Assembly: GCA_964304625.1 (NCBI GenBank)
Contig: OZ199839.1
Coordinates: 3,338,724-3,402,723, forward strand
DNA length: 64,000 bases
Origin: Kudoa neothunni
Lineage: Eukaryota > Animalia > Cnidaria
Direction: 5' to 3'
Shown here: positions 25,427 through 39,669 of the stretch, in pieces
How positions within the stretch are numbered: position 1 is the stretch's first letter
Layout of the letters: the number at the start of each line of letters is the position of its first letter
Notes under the pieces: generated by a model
Databases searched by the model: none
What the model was told of the DNA's origin: nothing
The model's input: the letters and a program-made list of their open reading frames with translations, nothing else
Position numbers and translations under genes: made by a program

Positions 25427-27567
25427 CCTTCCGAGCGTCTTTGGGTACATTGAACCCCAATGGATGGTTGAATCAATTTTTGAGAACCTAATATTATATC
25501 AGTTGATTTAAGATCACGTCCATTCTCCTGTGAATATAAATTCTATTAAAATATTACAGAAAATTTCGATTTGTATATTCAAACAACGAAATAATCAAAA
25601 TACTTACACATTCCTTCTTTTAGGGTCTAATGGACCCCATGTTTTTTTTTCTATCAAACAACAAAGAAAAATAATTCACAACATTTTTTAGAATGAAATA
25701 AAATTTTATCGAGAGGAAACAGAGAAAAATTGATAAAACCATACATACGTTAAATGCCGATCACCACCGATGATCGAAATGCTGCCATAAATAGTTCCTT
25801 GCGTAATATTTTGGATGAATTTTAATCCGATATCAATGAATTTTAGGATATCTTTTGATAATTTAGATGTTTATGTCATTCTAATTTTTCTGAAGATAAT
25901 AAACGCTATTGAAACATGTACGAAGATAAGGATGATGTTAATTGGTTTTCTGAGAAACTTCAAATAACCAAAAGCTTGAAACGAAATGTTTTTCTAAGTA
26001 TCCAGGTTCAATTTCTTATGTTTCAAACAGAATTATCTTCTTAGCTGATCATTCCTCATATTTTATGGTGAATCTATTTTCTCAACTGCTACTTCAAACA
26101 TTAACGTTTATCAATTTTAATTATCAACATTATTTGAAGACATTTCAAAATAAGATTTATTAGCTAATTTGGGATTCATAAATTTATTCTCATTTTTAAA
26201 TCTAAATTGGAATGTCTCAAATTGCTTTGGCGTGCTCGAAAACGAAGGGATATTTTTCGAAAGATTGTCGTTCCGAATTTTATTACTCCAGGAGAGTTTG
26301 ACCATTGACAAGCAACTGTTCGCTTTGGGGGGAAATTTTTCTTTTGGCAGTATACGGAATTAAGTATTTTCTTCTTACCAATCCCGACACCAAGTACACT
26401 TATAACTTTTCTGTGTCTGTGTATTTGGATAAAAATAATAATGAAACGTCAACAAATGTTGGAAAGATATTGTGTCATCATAAATGGAAAGCGGGAGAAA
26501 TATTGTTTGTGAAAATTCCTATATTTGTGTTTCCATTTCCCAAAAACTCTTACATAGGGAATGACTGGAACAATCCGAAATAATAAAAGAGATTCTACAA
26601 ATTGTCTGAAAAAGAATTCAAAACAGGTGTTTCAGTATGTTTTTATTTAATTAAAACCTAATATTAATCTCCTATGTTCCTACAGAAGGTAAAGCGGTTC
26701 TACTGCTAACGAACTGCTGTTCTTTATGAATGTTGAAGATATTGATTGAAAAAACCTGTAATATAATCGTTAAAAAGGAGGAGTGAAGACAGTGGATCAT
26801 ATTTTTGTTACAACGAGTGTATAAAGTAAACGAATCGACGGTCGACAGCAGTATTTTTCATTATGGTTGGTATTAGCTTGATTAATTGCTTGTATCCTTA
26901 TAAGACTGTCTTCCTTGAACAATTGTGTTCAAGAGTTAAGTTTCTAGAAGAGCTTGAAGATGCTTAGGTGTAGGATTATGTTCAGAGAAACCAAAACCGC
27001 GTTGACAAAAGTTATAATTGCATAATAGAATTTCTTTGTCGCGAGTTACGCTGTTATTGTTCAAGATCTCGAGACAGAAAAGCGAGGACTTTTTTTTTGT
27101 TGAGCCATCTATAATGAAAGCAGTTCAAAAGTTGTTTGCTTGATATTTCGTGATATCAAAAATTAAAATAATATAAATATCTCGCATTTTATCTATTTTG
27201 AAACAATATGTACTGCGGGTATTATTTGGGGTAATTATTAAGAAATTAATTATGAAGGAAATTTCCTTTAAGATTTCTTCAATGGGTAATGATAGATAAT
27301 TTTTATTAGAACCCATTAAATTAAAAAAAATAACCCCGCTTAATTTGATTCCTAATTAATTTAACCTTTTAAATGTTTCATTAATTATCGTTAACACATT
27401 TTTATAATTGTGATATTTTTCAATATTTTATCGATAGTTATCTCTCATATTTTAGATACTTTAGTACATTACTTATTACATTTTGTTCCATAATTCGAGT
27501 TAAAAAAGGGGGTCCATTGAACTCCAAAAAAGGAATGTGTAAAGTCGATTTTCAGGCGCTTGGAAGG
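25427..27567 (+). mobile_element. Decayed piggyBac transposon
   Basis: TTAA|CCTTCCGAGCG at the left and CGCTTGGAAGG|TCAA at the right. A subterminal inverted repeat (TTACACATTCCTT...AATGGACCCC at about 25604-25638 versus about 27509-27543) is present. Broken transposase pieces TIDKQLFA, YGIKYFLLTNPDTKYTYNF and YNR*KGGVKTVDH are visible. Confidence 0.9.
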
Positions 27568-28260
27568 TCAAAGGATGGAATTTAACTCACTCATGCCAAA
27601 TTTTCCCCACGTTTGAAGATAATATATTACCTAAAAATGATTAGTGTTAACGACTTAAAAGTTAAAGTTCTCACAAAAATTGTACCAACGTTTTACACAT
27701 CATTGATTCAAGTTATTTACAAAAAATGTATTAAAATCCGTTACTTCAGCAATCCTTCAACGTTTACTCACTCATTTGATCATCCTTCTTAATGTCGATA
27801 TTCGTCATCTAATAATCTAAAATGATTAAAAATTATCGTATTTTTCGTTTCTCAAATAAAATAGAACTTTCTTTCCCCTATTTCGATTTGTCATTTGTTA
27901 TAATTAACGGTGAAATATAAACATTTTTTAAAGCAAGTTTCGAAAAATGCAAATAAAAACAAAGAATTATTCCAACATATATTGAAAAGTATCATTATTT
28001 AAAATTATAGTTAACGCCGGTTTATCATTCTTAAGAGCTCCTCTAAATTATGGAAGTTTTTGAAATAATCTAGAGCAACAAATTTAAGAATTATGAAAAT
28101 TGAGAATAAATTGGACACCAATTTGTCTATGGAAGGCTAAATTAACTGGTGCAAAGTAACAGCTTGGGCATAAAAAATTACGCAAAAAACTAATAAATAA
28201 TCTGTGATATATTTACCGAACATCATGTAGACTACCAATAATCGCGCAAATAATATGGTG

Positions 28261-28567
28261 CAATGGTTTTCAACCTTAGTGGAATGGCGAATTTCTTGAC
28301 AAGCTCGAATTGTCTTGCGGATCCCTTATATATGAAGGAAATTGTAAACAGAAAAATGCAAGAAAAAAAAATTTCATGCATTTATTTTGAAAAAAGTTAA
28401 AATATAGTATTTCTAAAATTTATTTGACATCACCATGTTCTTAGAAATCATGCACGTCTAATTAGATATCTTCTATTTTATGTATTTTTCGGAGCTACAG
28501 ATCCCTGGTCTAGCTTTGCGGATCTCTAGGGTGTAGTGTTCTGTGGATCACCGGTTGAAAATTACAA
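28261..28567. mobile_element. hAT MITE
   Basis: TIRs CAATGGTTTTCAACC / GGTTGAAAATTACAA. 8-bp TSD ATATGGTG / ATATAGTG. Confidence 0.72.
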
Positions 28568-28915
28568 ATATAGTGGGTAAAATTCCTGCACTCCTAATTG
28601 TAAAAGGTAGAAGCATAAGCCGAGGGGTTATACATAATTCGCTATGGTTTCTCCAATTTTTGTAGAAGTTTTTCTAATCAATGGGAACTCCACAGCGTAA
28701 GAAGTCGTGATAGATATTCACTTTGCGAACAAAAAATACAGCTTGAACTGATTATATAAATTTATCCCCATTGAAACAAAATTATTTTTCCATAGACTTA
28801 AAAGTTTTTAATCCCTCTCGGCATTCACTTAAACTTTAGGTCATATAACAAATACTAATTATAAAGAGCGCAAAATAGCACAACTATTAGAGATCAACAT
28901 AGAAAAATTGAAGGA

Positions 28916-31900
28916 TCAAGGACGAGCTGCAATTGGACATTTGTTGTGGGATTTTAAGTGATTGACACATTTGGCCATTGTAGGGGAAGCTTTACAAATA
29001 ACGTCGGTCATATAGAACTGTTTCAGGGATCCGACAGCAGGTTCCAACAAAAATTGGTCGCTATTCATTCCATCGACGGTTGGAGTTTGATTATACTGTA
29101 TGTAACGTGTGTTAATATATTTTAATAGAACAGCGTAATCAATAATAAAATTACTTTCAGAGCGATTTCCGAGAAAAGGGTTGTTTCGCGGGAGTCATCT
29201 TTGAGTAAATGAGGTGCTATCTGTCCACATCTCTTTCTTAACATCTCAGTGTTGTCATATGGTAACACTTTTCCGGTAATCTAAACCGGAAAAATTGTAT
29301 TACAGATTTCACACGCATGAAACATTCCAACCAAACACATTACCTCGGAAAGAGCGCGGAATATTTTCCAATCGGTTTTCGCTTGACCATCAGGACCAAC
29401 TACCTTTCTGTCATTCCGAAATAACAACCACAAAATAGAATCAACAAATTACCTCAAATATTGAGCTCTACCTTCGGTGTTAACATAGATAGAGTCTTTT
29501 TCCAAGTAGGAAGCGCCCGGAAGGACTAAATTGGCGCGTGAAGCTCCCACATCTCCATGGTGGCCTTTCGACAATTTAAACTCGCATAACAATGAGAAAC
29601 GCATACCTTGGTAAATAACAAAAGTATCCTTATCAAATATGTCATTGGTTAGAAGAGTTGGTGAATCCTAACGAACAGAAACAAATCAAAAAAGGCATAT
29701 TTTACAATTTCAAAATATTATTCAAAAAAAATAAAAATTACACAATTCATAAGGTAAACTAGTTTTGCAGCTTTCAACCGATCAAAACTATCCAAAGGTG
29801 TATAACCCACATCCAGTGCGCCAACATAACCTGACGACTTAATACCAATTCAATTACAATATGGATAATCTTCGAAATATTAATAAATTAATACTTGATG
29901 AAGATAATTGAAGACATTCCAACGATATTCATTGAGATCATTGGTGCAGTCTTTTTCCAGTTTATTCTGGAGATTGTGACTGAGTTGGCGGAGTAATTGA
30001 TGGAAATGGTGGCCATATTTATGGTTGGAAAAATTGGATCCAACAAGAACGAATGGCTTTTTCGCATTCTCAAGAGTCTAAAGTCGATACAAACAAATAA
30101 TCCAGATATATAGAAGAAGTGGATTAACTTGATAGAATGGATGAGTTTTGTTTACCATATCAATAACACATTTCAAACTGTTACCAATATGCTAAAAAAT
30201 TAAGTTAAAAAAATTGAATTGGTTGCACAATATAGCATATAACTGTGGCGGGATAGTTCACATCAATGTGATCGCCTACAATTCCAATCTTTGCACAATT
30301 ATGCATCCATCTAGATAAAGATATTTTAACCGATTCCCAACTCTTATTAGTACGCCTTTCTAATTCGAGCATTTATAAGAGGAGCCTCATATCTAGGACA
30401 ACTACCAACCACCAAAATAACATCAGCATTCTACAGTGAAAATATGCGAATTATCTAAAAAATATTACAAATCACCTCAATATTTTGGATTGAATTATTC
30501 ATTGTGTAACAAGACCGAAAATCATTTCTAAGACAACACACCAATTATAGCACAAACATGAATAATGAGTTATTGGTACTTTGTTGGTATATTGGCAAAT
30601 TGTCGATCCAACAGGAACAAATTATCAATATTGCTAGAATTGAACAAATCTTTCATAGCAACCAACGTTTCCACATCACATATATTTCCCACCAGACCGA
30701 ACACTTCGTCTGGTGCGTGTCTTAGCCAATGAGTACCGAATTCGAAAAGAGCCTTTTTCCAATCAATTTCTTCCAATATACCATCACTGTTTCGCATCAT
30801 CGGACTGAGAATTCGTTGATTTTTAAGGCCATCGAATGAGAAGCGCGCTTTATCGGAAATCCAATTTTCATTTATCTCCTTGTGTAACACGCGATTAGAC
30901 TTTCAAGTGCTTTTTGATAGTGGACGCACGTTTAAAAAGAATTACCTCATTTATAAACGGTATAACACGTAGAATATTACCACCACGTACACACACATTA
31001 ATACTACTACCAACAGCATCGCTTGTGTCAATAGATGGAACTTTTTTGAGTTCCCATGGTCGCAATGCAAATTCACCAGGTTTCGAAGTCAATGCTCCAA
31101 CCGGACAAACATCTACACACAATTACAATTGACAAAGATACGAATGTGTTGCAATTTCCCACTTAAAACCTACCTACCTATAATATTACCGCTCAGCTCG
31201 GATAAAATAGGTTGATTCACGTAGGTGCCAATTTGAATATCATTTCCACGGCCGACAGTACCCAGCACCGGTTCTCCGGCTATTTCCTCCGCAAATCGTA
31301 CACATCTTGTGCAATGGATACATCTGGTCATAATGGTTTTTACTAGAGGGCCCAAATCTTTATCTTCTACCGCTCTAATCAATAAGATAGTCGAATGATT
31401 AACAAATCATGAAAAAAATGTGTATAACCTCAACATTTAATATTAATAATTAGTTACCTTTTACCAACAAACGAATTGTCAATAAATCTACTACGATCAG
31501 ACCCAAAATGCATAGATTGATCTTGAAGATCACATTCGCCCCCTTGATCACAAATAGGACAATCCAGTGGATGATTGATCAATAGAAATTCCATCACGCC
31601 TTCTCTACATACGTATATTACAGCCTCGTTGATATGATGAAACAGTAGGTGGTGGTTACCTTGCCTTCTTTGCCATTTCCGAATTGGTTTTAATTCGCAT
31701 ACCATTACCAACTGGCAGAGCACATGCTGCCACTGGCTATAATTATACAACCATATGTAGAATAAAAAGAAATTGTTGAAACTATTTATGGGCTACCTTG
31801 GGAATCTTTTCTACTTCGACCAAACACATTCGACAATTACCAGCCACAGAAAGTTTCTCATGGTAACAAAATCTAGGAATTTTAATTCCTGCTATGTCTG

Positions 31901-32137
31901 CTGCCTGCAGATATTAATTTTCTTCCAATAAAATCGAAATATTCAAACAACCAACCTGTATAATTGTTGTGCCAGGTTGGACAGAAACTTTTTGGTCGTC
32001 AATGTAGCATTCAAAAAGGCTCGGAGGTTGAGAGACCGCACTTGAAAATCGAATGTAATTTTCTATACTCGACATTATACAAGATCGGAAATTTTAAAAC
32101 TACTTTTAATAAAATTTTTTGAAAGTAGTCTACGCAT
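28916..32137 (-). CDS. NDUFS1: NADH:ubiquinone oxidoreductase 75 kDa Fe-S subunit, many short introns
   Basis: [92 protein letters not shown] and the C-terminal [20 protein letters not shown] at 28916-28918. Confidence 0.97.
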
Positions 32138-32577
32138 TAAATCGCGATCAAAGATGTCTTAATGTCGTTCAGGCGGAAATTGACGAGTTTTAAATATTCG
32201 TTGTTGCATGTTAATTCGGCTAAGTCGAAATTGAGGTTTTTAATTAAAACTACATTTTTCAAGTAAATGTATTAAATTAATCAATTACACATGAAGTATC
32301 ATTTATTTTTTATGTAGATTGTGATTATTTTCCTGTCAAATATAACCTAACTGTTTTGTGTGCATGCGCATATGCTATTTTTAATCCCCGCTATTTTGGT
32401 TTATAGACGAATGGTACAGTTTATATTTTAAAATATGATATATTTAATTTTATCTTGTTCTAAAGTGAATTGGCATTGGTCTGTAACAATCGAATATCAT
32501 CAAGATTGTATATTAGGGATTAAACTAGCTGATTAACGTGGACGAAGATTTATGCTTGTTGGTTCGTTGCTCTGGAG

Positions 32578-34026
32578 CAGTGTTTCCCTACAGGGGGTGC
32601 GGGAGTCATTCAAGAATAAATTTAAAAATTAATCTTAATTTATTCACTTCGTAATTTTCGTTAGTCCCTGTTTAAATCATGCAAGGACGTGATGCGTACA
32701 ATAATATTTCTGGTTGTTTTGATATCAATCAGTTTCGATTCAAAATGGTGTTGGATAATTTATTTTAATTGATTCTACAAAATAGCACAGGATGGTAATA
32801 TTTTATATCAAGCTTGTTCAGCTTACAAAATCTAACTATCTCTATTTTCATGTGAAATTGTAATTTTGTTATCTTTCTAAATAACATATTTATATGATTA
32901 AGTTGGAATTTGATTTCCAACGTTTTTGTCTACTTAGAAATAATCTATATTCATAAAAATATAACCACTGTCTAATTTTAACTTTGTCTTCTATCCACAT
33001 TTGGGATCCATCCTATAATTGTATAGTTTTTATTATGCTACTTTCCAAGTTTTACTTTAAAATTTTTATCTTGCCTCTGATATTAATATAAGTTGAATTG
33101 TTCTTTAACGTATAGGTAAAACAGGGATCAAAGCATCCATTTATACATGTAAATAAATGCCAATTTTAACAATATACATTAGTTTTTTTTCAAGTATATT
33201 TAGAAGACATTTTTTGAATCTATGGAAGTTAGGTTAACGTATGACTCAGTATAGAATAAGGAAGTCGCTAGATTTATTCGGCACAAAATAGTATATGAAA
33301 CAAACTTATCGACTTCATTATATACAAATAATAAGTATTGGAATTCATTAAACCCTGAAAACGATTTTCATGTTTCATAGTCCAACAAAATGTCCTGCTT
33401 TGAATTACTTATGAAAACCCAGCGAGAGCAAGAGAACAGCCAGATCAAATAAATACTAAATTACAATTGATTTTGAAAAAATGTTTCTTGTGAATTATAC
33501 GAATTGGCTATTTTTATTTGGCTTCTTTAACGTTCACTTTTAGGTACAGAACTTATTAAGCGACCATACTTTTTATAGTTTAGTATTACGTTTATATTCA
33601 TTTTTTACGTCTAATATCTTGGATTAATTATAATAGCATAATTTATCAGAATTATTTATTACTTTACATTGAAATGGTATAAATAAGCAGGAATGAATCC
33701 TAACTCCAATCAATGAGTGTTAAATCATGAGGAGTGAAAAGATAATGTTCATCCTTTTTCAATTATACATAACAAATTGAGTTAATCAAAACATTTTGGG
33801 TTTAATTTATATTGGAAGTAATTGGAAAAATTTGAAGTTAAAATATAAACTAAAATAATAAAAATTTTTATTTTAGGACATTATTCATTGGTAATATTAT
33901 TTTCGCATTTAAATAAAAAGTATAATTGAGTCTTGACATTCACATGGAGGAGGAGGGGGGGGGGGGGCAAAGTGAACGCGGAAATTAGGATGGGAGTATG
34001 GGCGTAATACTTGTAGGGAAACACTG
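32578..34026. mobile_element. Non-autonomous hAT element
   Basis: TIRs CAGTGTTTCCCTACA / TGTAGGGAAACACTG are perfect over 15 bp. Perfect 8-bp TSD CTCTGGAG (32570-32577, 34027-34034). No intact ORF. Confidence 0.92.
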
Positions 34027-34308
34027 CTCTGGAGGTTACGAGATCGGTTTGCGAACTAGGAAATTTACTGCTTTTGCACCGTAGATATCTATTATTGCGT
34101 TTATTACTTTAAAGGCGACATCTATTTTTGAAGTTTAATGTGGTGAATTTCTAATCTAAATTTGTAAGCAATTGAAAACAAACACGAAAATGAAACAATT
34201 TAATCTTTTTATGCTCGGATTTTTTTACGATCTGAAGATAATATATTCCTTAAAAAAGATTAGTTGTAACGATTAAAAATTGTATGAAAGATTTTTGTCA
34301 GCCTCATT

Positions 34309-35625
34309 CAGGGGTAGTCAAAATTAATTTTGATCCTAAAAATCCATTATCTAATGTACAGTCAATTAATTTTAATTTCAGATTTTCAAAACCAATAATT
34401 TCAATCATTATAAAAGTATTGGCGATAATCCAACATCGTTGGAAACCATTTATATATCTCAGCATACAAATTTTCCGTTAGATATTTAGGTCACAGATAA
34501 AAGTAACAAAAACTTTATCATATTTTTAAACATTAATATAAACTTCAAGTTAGAAAATTTAATTGGTGAGTATAATGTCCAAATAATTATATTTGAAATC
34601 TCGTAGGGGTGTTCAATATTTTATTAACAAAACTTATTCCTAGTGAAAGCTCTTAAAATTTGAACCATGTAGTGCAGCGAATAAATAAACTTTTATTGAA
34701 ACCACATAATCAGGTGTAAATCGAAATGAAATTAAACAAATGTTTTTCCGTCTATCATTTTATGCTTATTTTTTAGATAAAATAGAGAGAAATTAACGAT
34801 AAATTGTAAATTTAATGAAAATATTTTTGTAAAATTTGTTGTTCCATAATCTTTTATTTGCTTTTAGAAATATTTGCGCTTCTAGATTTATGGGGAATAA
34901 TTTTGCCGGAGGTCATCAAAGGTATAACCAACGAAGCTGAATAACCATCCAACCAGATTAGAGGATGATTGAATAAATCTTGTGTCCATATAATCAGGAA
35001 TTTCAATTTTTTTTCTAATTTTCTTCTCTTGGGGTATTGGAAGTAAAACAATCGAATCCAATAAGAGTCTCAGTTTCTTCGATTGCAATTTATTCGGACA
35101 GTATTAGATTGAACACGGCATGTTTCCATCCAGAAGTTAATTCATCAATGTTATAATCTCTTTTTTTTGAAATAACCATTTTCAAAATTCGTTGAATGTA
35201 TAATATTTATATTTTTACACAGAAGTTCATACAATATTTAATATTCTTCAATAGTTTCGCCGAACAATTACCATAAATCTGTTTTAGAAATATCATCTTT
35301 TTGCAGAACCAAAGTTATTGAATGGAACTTTTTTAAATGGCTACGCAACCCAGATATTTATAGATATTTCTTGGCGTTAAAAGATAATCCATCGTATTTT
35401 TTTCACCGACAAATGCGAGGTCAGCTAAATAACACTATTTTTTCGCATCTGCCAACAATTCCAACTCTACAGGAGCATCTGGTACCATTTTTCAGAATAA
35501 TTCTCATATAAGTAAATGTCAACAATAGAACGTAAGTTTAGATTAAGATTATATTTTATTAGAATTTTTTGCGTAAAAGTCATAATTTCAATTAATTTTT
35601 CCTCAATTAATTTTTGACACCCCTG
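34309..35625 (-). mobile_element. Internally deleted hAT element with a BED-finger-like remnant
   Basis: TIRs CAGGGGTAGTCAAAATTAATT / AATTAATTTTTGACACCCCTG. Perfect 8-bp TSD GCCTCATT (34301-34308, 35626-35633). Minus-strand fragment ISGLRSHLKKFH. Confidence 0.88.
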
Positions 35626-36828
35626 GCCTCATTATCATCATATCATGTCATCATGTCATGTTACGGGAAAAAATGAAAATTAAATCAAAATCATAGTTGT
35701 TTGTATCATAACCATGTAAATGTTTGAGGGTACCTTTATAATTCATTTGTAAAATTATTTAAAGCCTAATCCTTCAATAATAATTTTAACATATTGAGTT
35801 TTAATAAACATATTCTTTTCTTAGCACATACACATTATATACTTATAAATAGCGGCTGTAATTTTCGATTAAAATCGAAAAACGTCTAATTTTTTAAAAT
35901 ATTTATACATTTTTGGTTAAAATCGAGATAATTCGTCGATTATTTTTCATTTTATTATGGTCCGAAAAAGGAGACAAATTTTCAATTATATAATTATACA
36001 GCCAAGTAAACAGATTTAAATGAGGAAATTGACCCCCAAAAATATGCCAAAATTTGTTAACGTCGATCAACAAGAAATTCCACTACAAGAGTTGTTGAAA
36101 CTTTTATTCGGTAGAAATGATAAAATGATAGGTCCTGGATTTTAGATAATAAACAAACTAAAGTATTCCATATTGTATAATGTAGGTCATGATTTGGTGT
36201 ATATATTGCTATTGCCCGCCTATACCCGTGGATAAAAGTTTCTCAAAAGTTATAAGATAAATATAGCGTTTGAACGAATGAGAATACTTTAAATATCACA
36301 TTATAAAGGAAAATGTCATAAAAAAATTATATTTATCTTTACTTCACTGACGCTGAGATTGGTAATAAAGTTTTATGTTACGCATGCGCTAGTTTTTAAA
36401 ATAAACGTCAATTTAAATGAACGAATTTTATTAAAGATAGACGTTAAAAATTACGGCCTCTACTTATAAAAAATGAAAATAATGATTTATTTGATAATAT
36501 ACAATAATAATCTCTGTATAACTTTATTTAATTAATTACCCGACTATTTAAATACATATATGAATATTGTTAATCTATGAAAATTATACTTAAACGTAAA
36601 TCATGACTGGAATATATTTCGAGTATGCATAAAAATAAATTACACTGTTTATGATGGGGTTATTTCAAATGTTCCAAAGTGTATTCTAATTTCATAATTC
36701 ATTAAATTCATTTTTCGTTTGTTTTTAAATAAATAAGAATCATTACAACATTTGAGGTTATGTTGAAAAAAATATTCTAGGTGGAGCGCCTTGGAGATAC
36801 AATTTTTTTCCCTTGAGTTCATTTAAAT

Positions 36829-37005
36829 CAGCGTTTCCTAACTAAAATTGGGCTCGCATCCCCATTTGACGACAAAATGAAATACACATTCACTCTACAT
36901 ACGACAAGGCACAGTCGTCTCGAAATTTATAGAAAATTATCTTCTATCGTGGTCAAATGTTTCCTCTCCAAGCCCGGAATTTGCACCATTAGTTAGGGAT
37001 CGCTG
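36829..37005. mobile_element. 177-bp hAT MITE
   Basis: TIRs CAGCGTTTCCTAACTAA / TTAGTTAGGGATCGCTG. 8-bp TSD ATTTAAAT on both sides. Confidence 0.85.
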
Positions 37006-38504
37006 ATTTAAATGAACATTGGATACGAAAAGGTTAAATTTACGCATAAAATATGCTTGCGGTAGGAAACCGTTATAATAATTTTTATATAGTGTATTCT
37101 TGACAAATTTTGTATTATTCGTTTATTTATATTTATTTCTAAATTTAAGCTAATAGTTATGAATATAGCGGATGCGCATAACCTATTTTTCTACGATATA
37201 TTTTACTGTGTAACATTGCTTGCTCGTAATCAGCTATTTTTTATTTTCCAACTAAAATTTTTCATTTATTAGTTGACTTAAAATAACATGTAATATTTTC
37301 CACGCCTACATAAATGAAAGTTAAGCGTATCCATATTCGATAAATAAAATCATCGTAAATAATGAAGCGATTCTACATAGTTTGGGGCCTTTCCTGTCTC
37401 ATTGCGTACGATCGCTGCCACATTGTATTTAAAAAATAGTTATGATATACAGATTATTTCAGTTTATATCTATAGAAATTATTAATAAATATTTTTATTG
37501 AATAGTTTATTTAAATGTAAATTATTCTCCGATACAAGGAGATGAGTGACAAAAATAACCTCACTCAAGTTTGCGTTAGAGTTAACAAAGTATAAAAAGC
37601 CTGAAATAAATCGCACTTTTTTCTTTTCTAAGTCACCATTAAATCTCACACCAAAAGATGGAACACAATTTTTTCTTTCTTTCTCTATGTAAACTGTGAA
37701 TAAGGTATAATATACTCAATATTAAGTGTGAAGTTCCTACAGCTATATTTCATTTTAATAAAAAGCGTAAGATCAGACTATTAAGTCTTTATGGATGTGT
37801 AAAATAACAAAAATCTTTTTGCAGACTGAAGAGAGTTATTGTTCATGAAGGTAAAAGGTCGAGGAGAATGATGCACTAAAATTTTTAACACGAAGCTCAT
37901 GTTCGATCCTCGAGAACTCTCAGAGGCCAAGCCAAAATAAAGTCATAGATTAAACTTTTAAAAACATTGATAAATGTATAGCATCAATGTTGACTTTTTA
38001 GTGTTAATCGCTGGCTAAAACATTAATAATTTAAGTATCAAAGTTTGTGCATTTTTGGAGCAGAGTTTAGTAAGGGGTCTTCATCCCATGCTGATGTTGT
38101 TTAGGAGATCAAATTCACTTACCACTCAAAAAAGATAGGACGAGGAATTGCATGTGATTGATTCAATGGGATTACACAGCATTCATAAAGCCATTCTGGC
38201 TACCAATATCTCCTCAGATTGTTAGCTACAAAAGTTGTTTTATTGTATATAAATATGAAGCATCATATATATTTTAGCTTGGATGTTTTCATGAGATACT
38301 TTATATTGTGTTCCTAAAATTGTAATCATTTATACGCAAAATTTCACGATTTAACTTGTGTAAAGATTTTTAATTTAAATAAAGAAATTGTCATCAATTG
38401 TATAAATGAAATTATGCGCAGATAAACCACGTTATTCAATATTTTTGTGTAAAAAATTTCATGACTACAAAAAATCAGTTTTACAACCCCTAAGAGTTAC
38501 AATA

Positions 38505-39309
38505 TTATCGCCCGTAGTTTTGGTGATAGGTCAAGTAGGTCTTAAACGTCTTGGAAATCGTCCCCATAGAAATATCATTCAATCGTCTAAATAAAACGAA
38601 GTAAATATACACAACTGTTACAACAACCTCACAGAATATGCGAGAAACGTAACAAAAACGGTTCATAACCATTAAGCATGAGATATCTCCCATAAATTAA
38701 CACAAGTTCGGGTTCATTGCAATAGAATTGTTCTAGAAAATAGCTGGTGAAATAGTTCTAACAATGCCACTATAATAGCTACTGTACAAGTATTTTTCTA
38801 TCGACATTTTTGAGCCGATATCACCACCGCCGTCTTTAATTTCTTGGTTGATGTGGGAGTTGTGATTGACAAGATTTGAAACTGAATAATCGATGTTGTA
38901 AGGGGACATTGAGTTGATACAATCAATAGAAGAATATTTTTTTGTGATTGTTTTAAACACCCCACCAATATCATTGCTTCCTAGGCAGCGAAATAATCGA
39001 CAATTAGAATCGATACAAACCAAAAAAAACACTGTTTGAATTATAGTAGGTGATTTTATCGATTTGAAAACTGAAAAGATTGTCGGTCAATACCAGGAGA
39101 TTTTCGTGGGTGAGCTCCTCAACAAACACCACAACTAAATGATTAATTTTGAATAGCTCATGTATCGGTGACAACAATATTGGCGAATTTTTTAATTTTG
39201 TTCCAGTGAAAAATTTCATCGTTTTTCTCAACCCAATAATTATCAAAAGAAATTTTAGTATAATATAATGGGCAATATCTCGAAACAAAGCACCGAATTG
39301 AGAAATCAT
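38505..39309 (-). CDS. NUS1: Dehydrodolichyl diphosphate synthase complex subunit NUS1 (Nogo-B receptor), multi-exon
   Basis: The N-terminus is hydrophobic. It is followed by INHLVVVFVEE...FSFQIDKITYYNS, KDGGGDIG, a short exon missed by the ORF track (about 38635-38732: NEPELVLIYGRYLMLNGYEPFLLRFSHI, compare human [28 protein letters not shown]) and the C-terminus YLTYHQNYGR*. An alternative ATG lies at 39327. Confidence 0.82.
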
Positions 39310-39320
39310 GCTTTTTTGTT

Positions 39321-39330
39321 TGCGCATGCC
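39321..39330. promoter_or_regulatory. NRF1-like element TGCGCATGCC upstream of NUS1
   Basis: About 12 bp upstream of the likely NUS1 ATG at 39309. Confidence 0.5.
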
Positions 39331-39669
39331 AAGATCATTTTTCAGACCTCGTATACGTTAGTCGCAAATATTTATCAATTTGTTTGCATATATTTTGAAT
39401 TCCTGCTTATTGAATTATCATTATTCGGATGATGTAATGTTTGTTGAAGTCCGAACTTGATACGTATTTATATTATCGAAACAAACATTGGGCACGCGCA
39501 CAGAGGATTATTGTTTAACCCTGAACTAACGTATATTGGAGAGATTGGCTACCAGTATAATAAGTTTTAATATTAATTTAATATTAAATGGCATTTTCGC
39601 GTGCGTAATGACAATTTTAAATTCCACCAAATCTTACTCACAAGCTCTATTCTATACAAGTATAATTTT

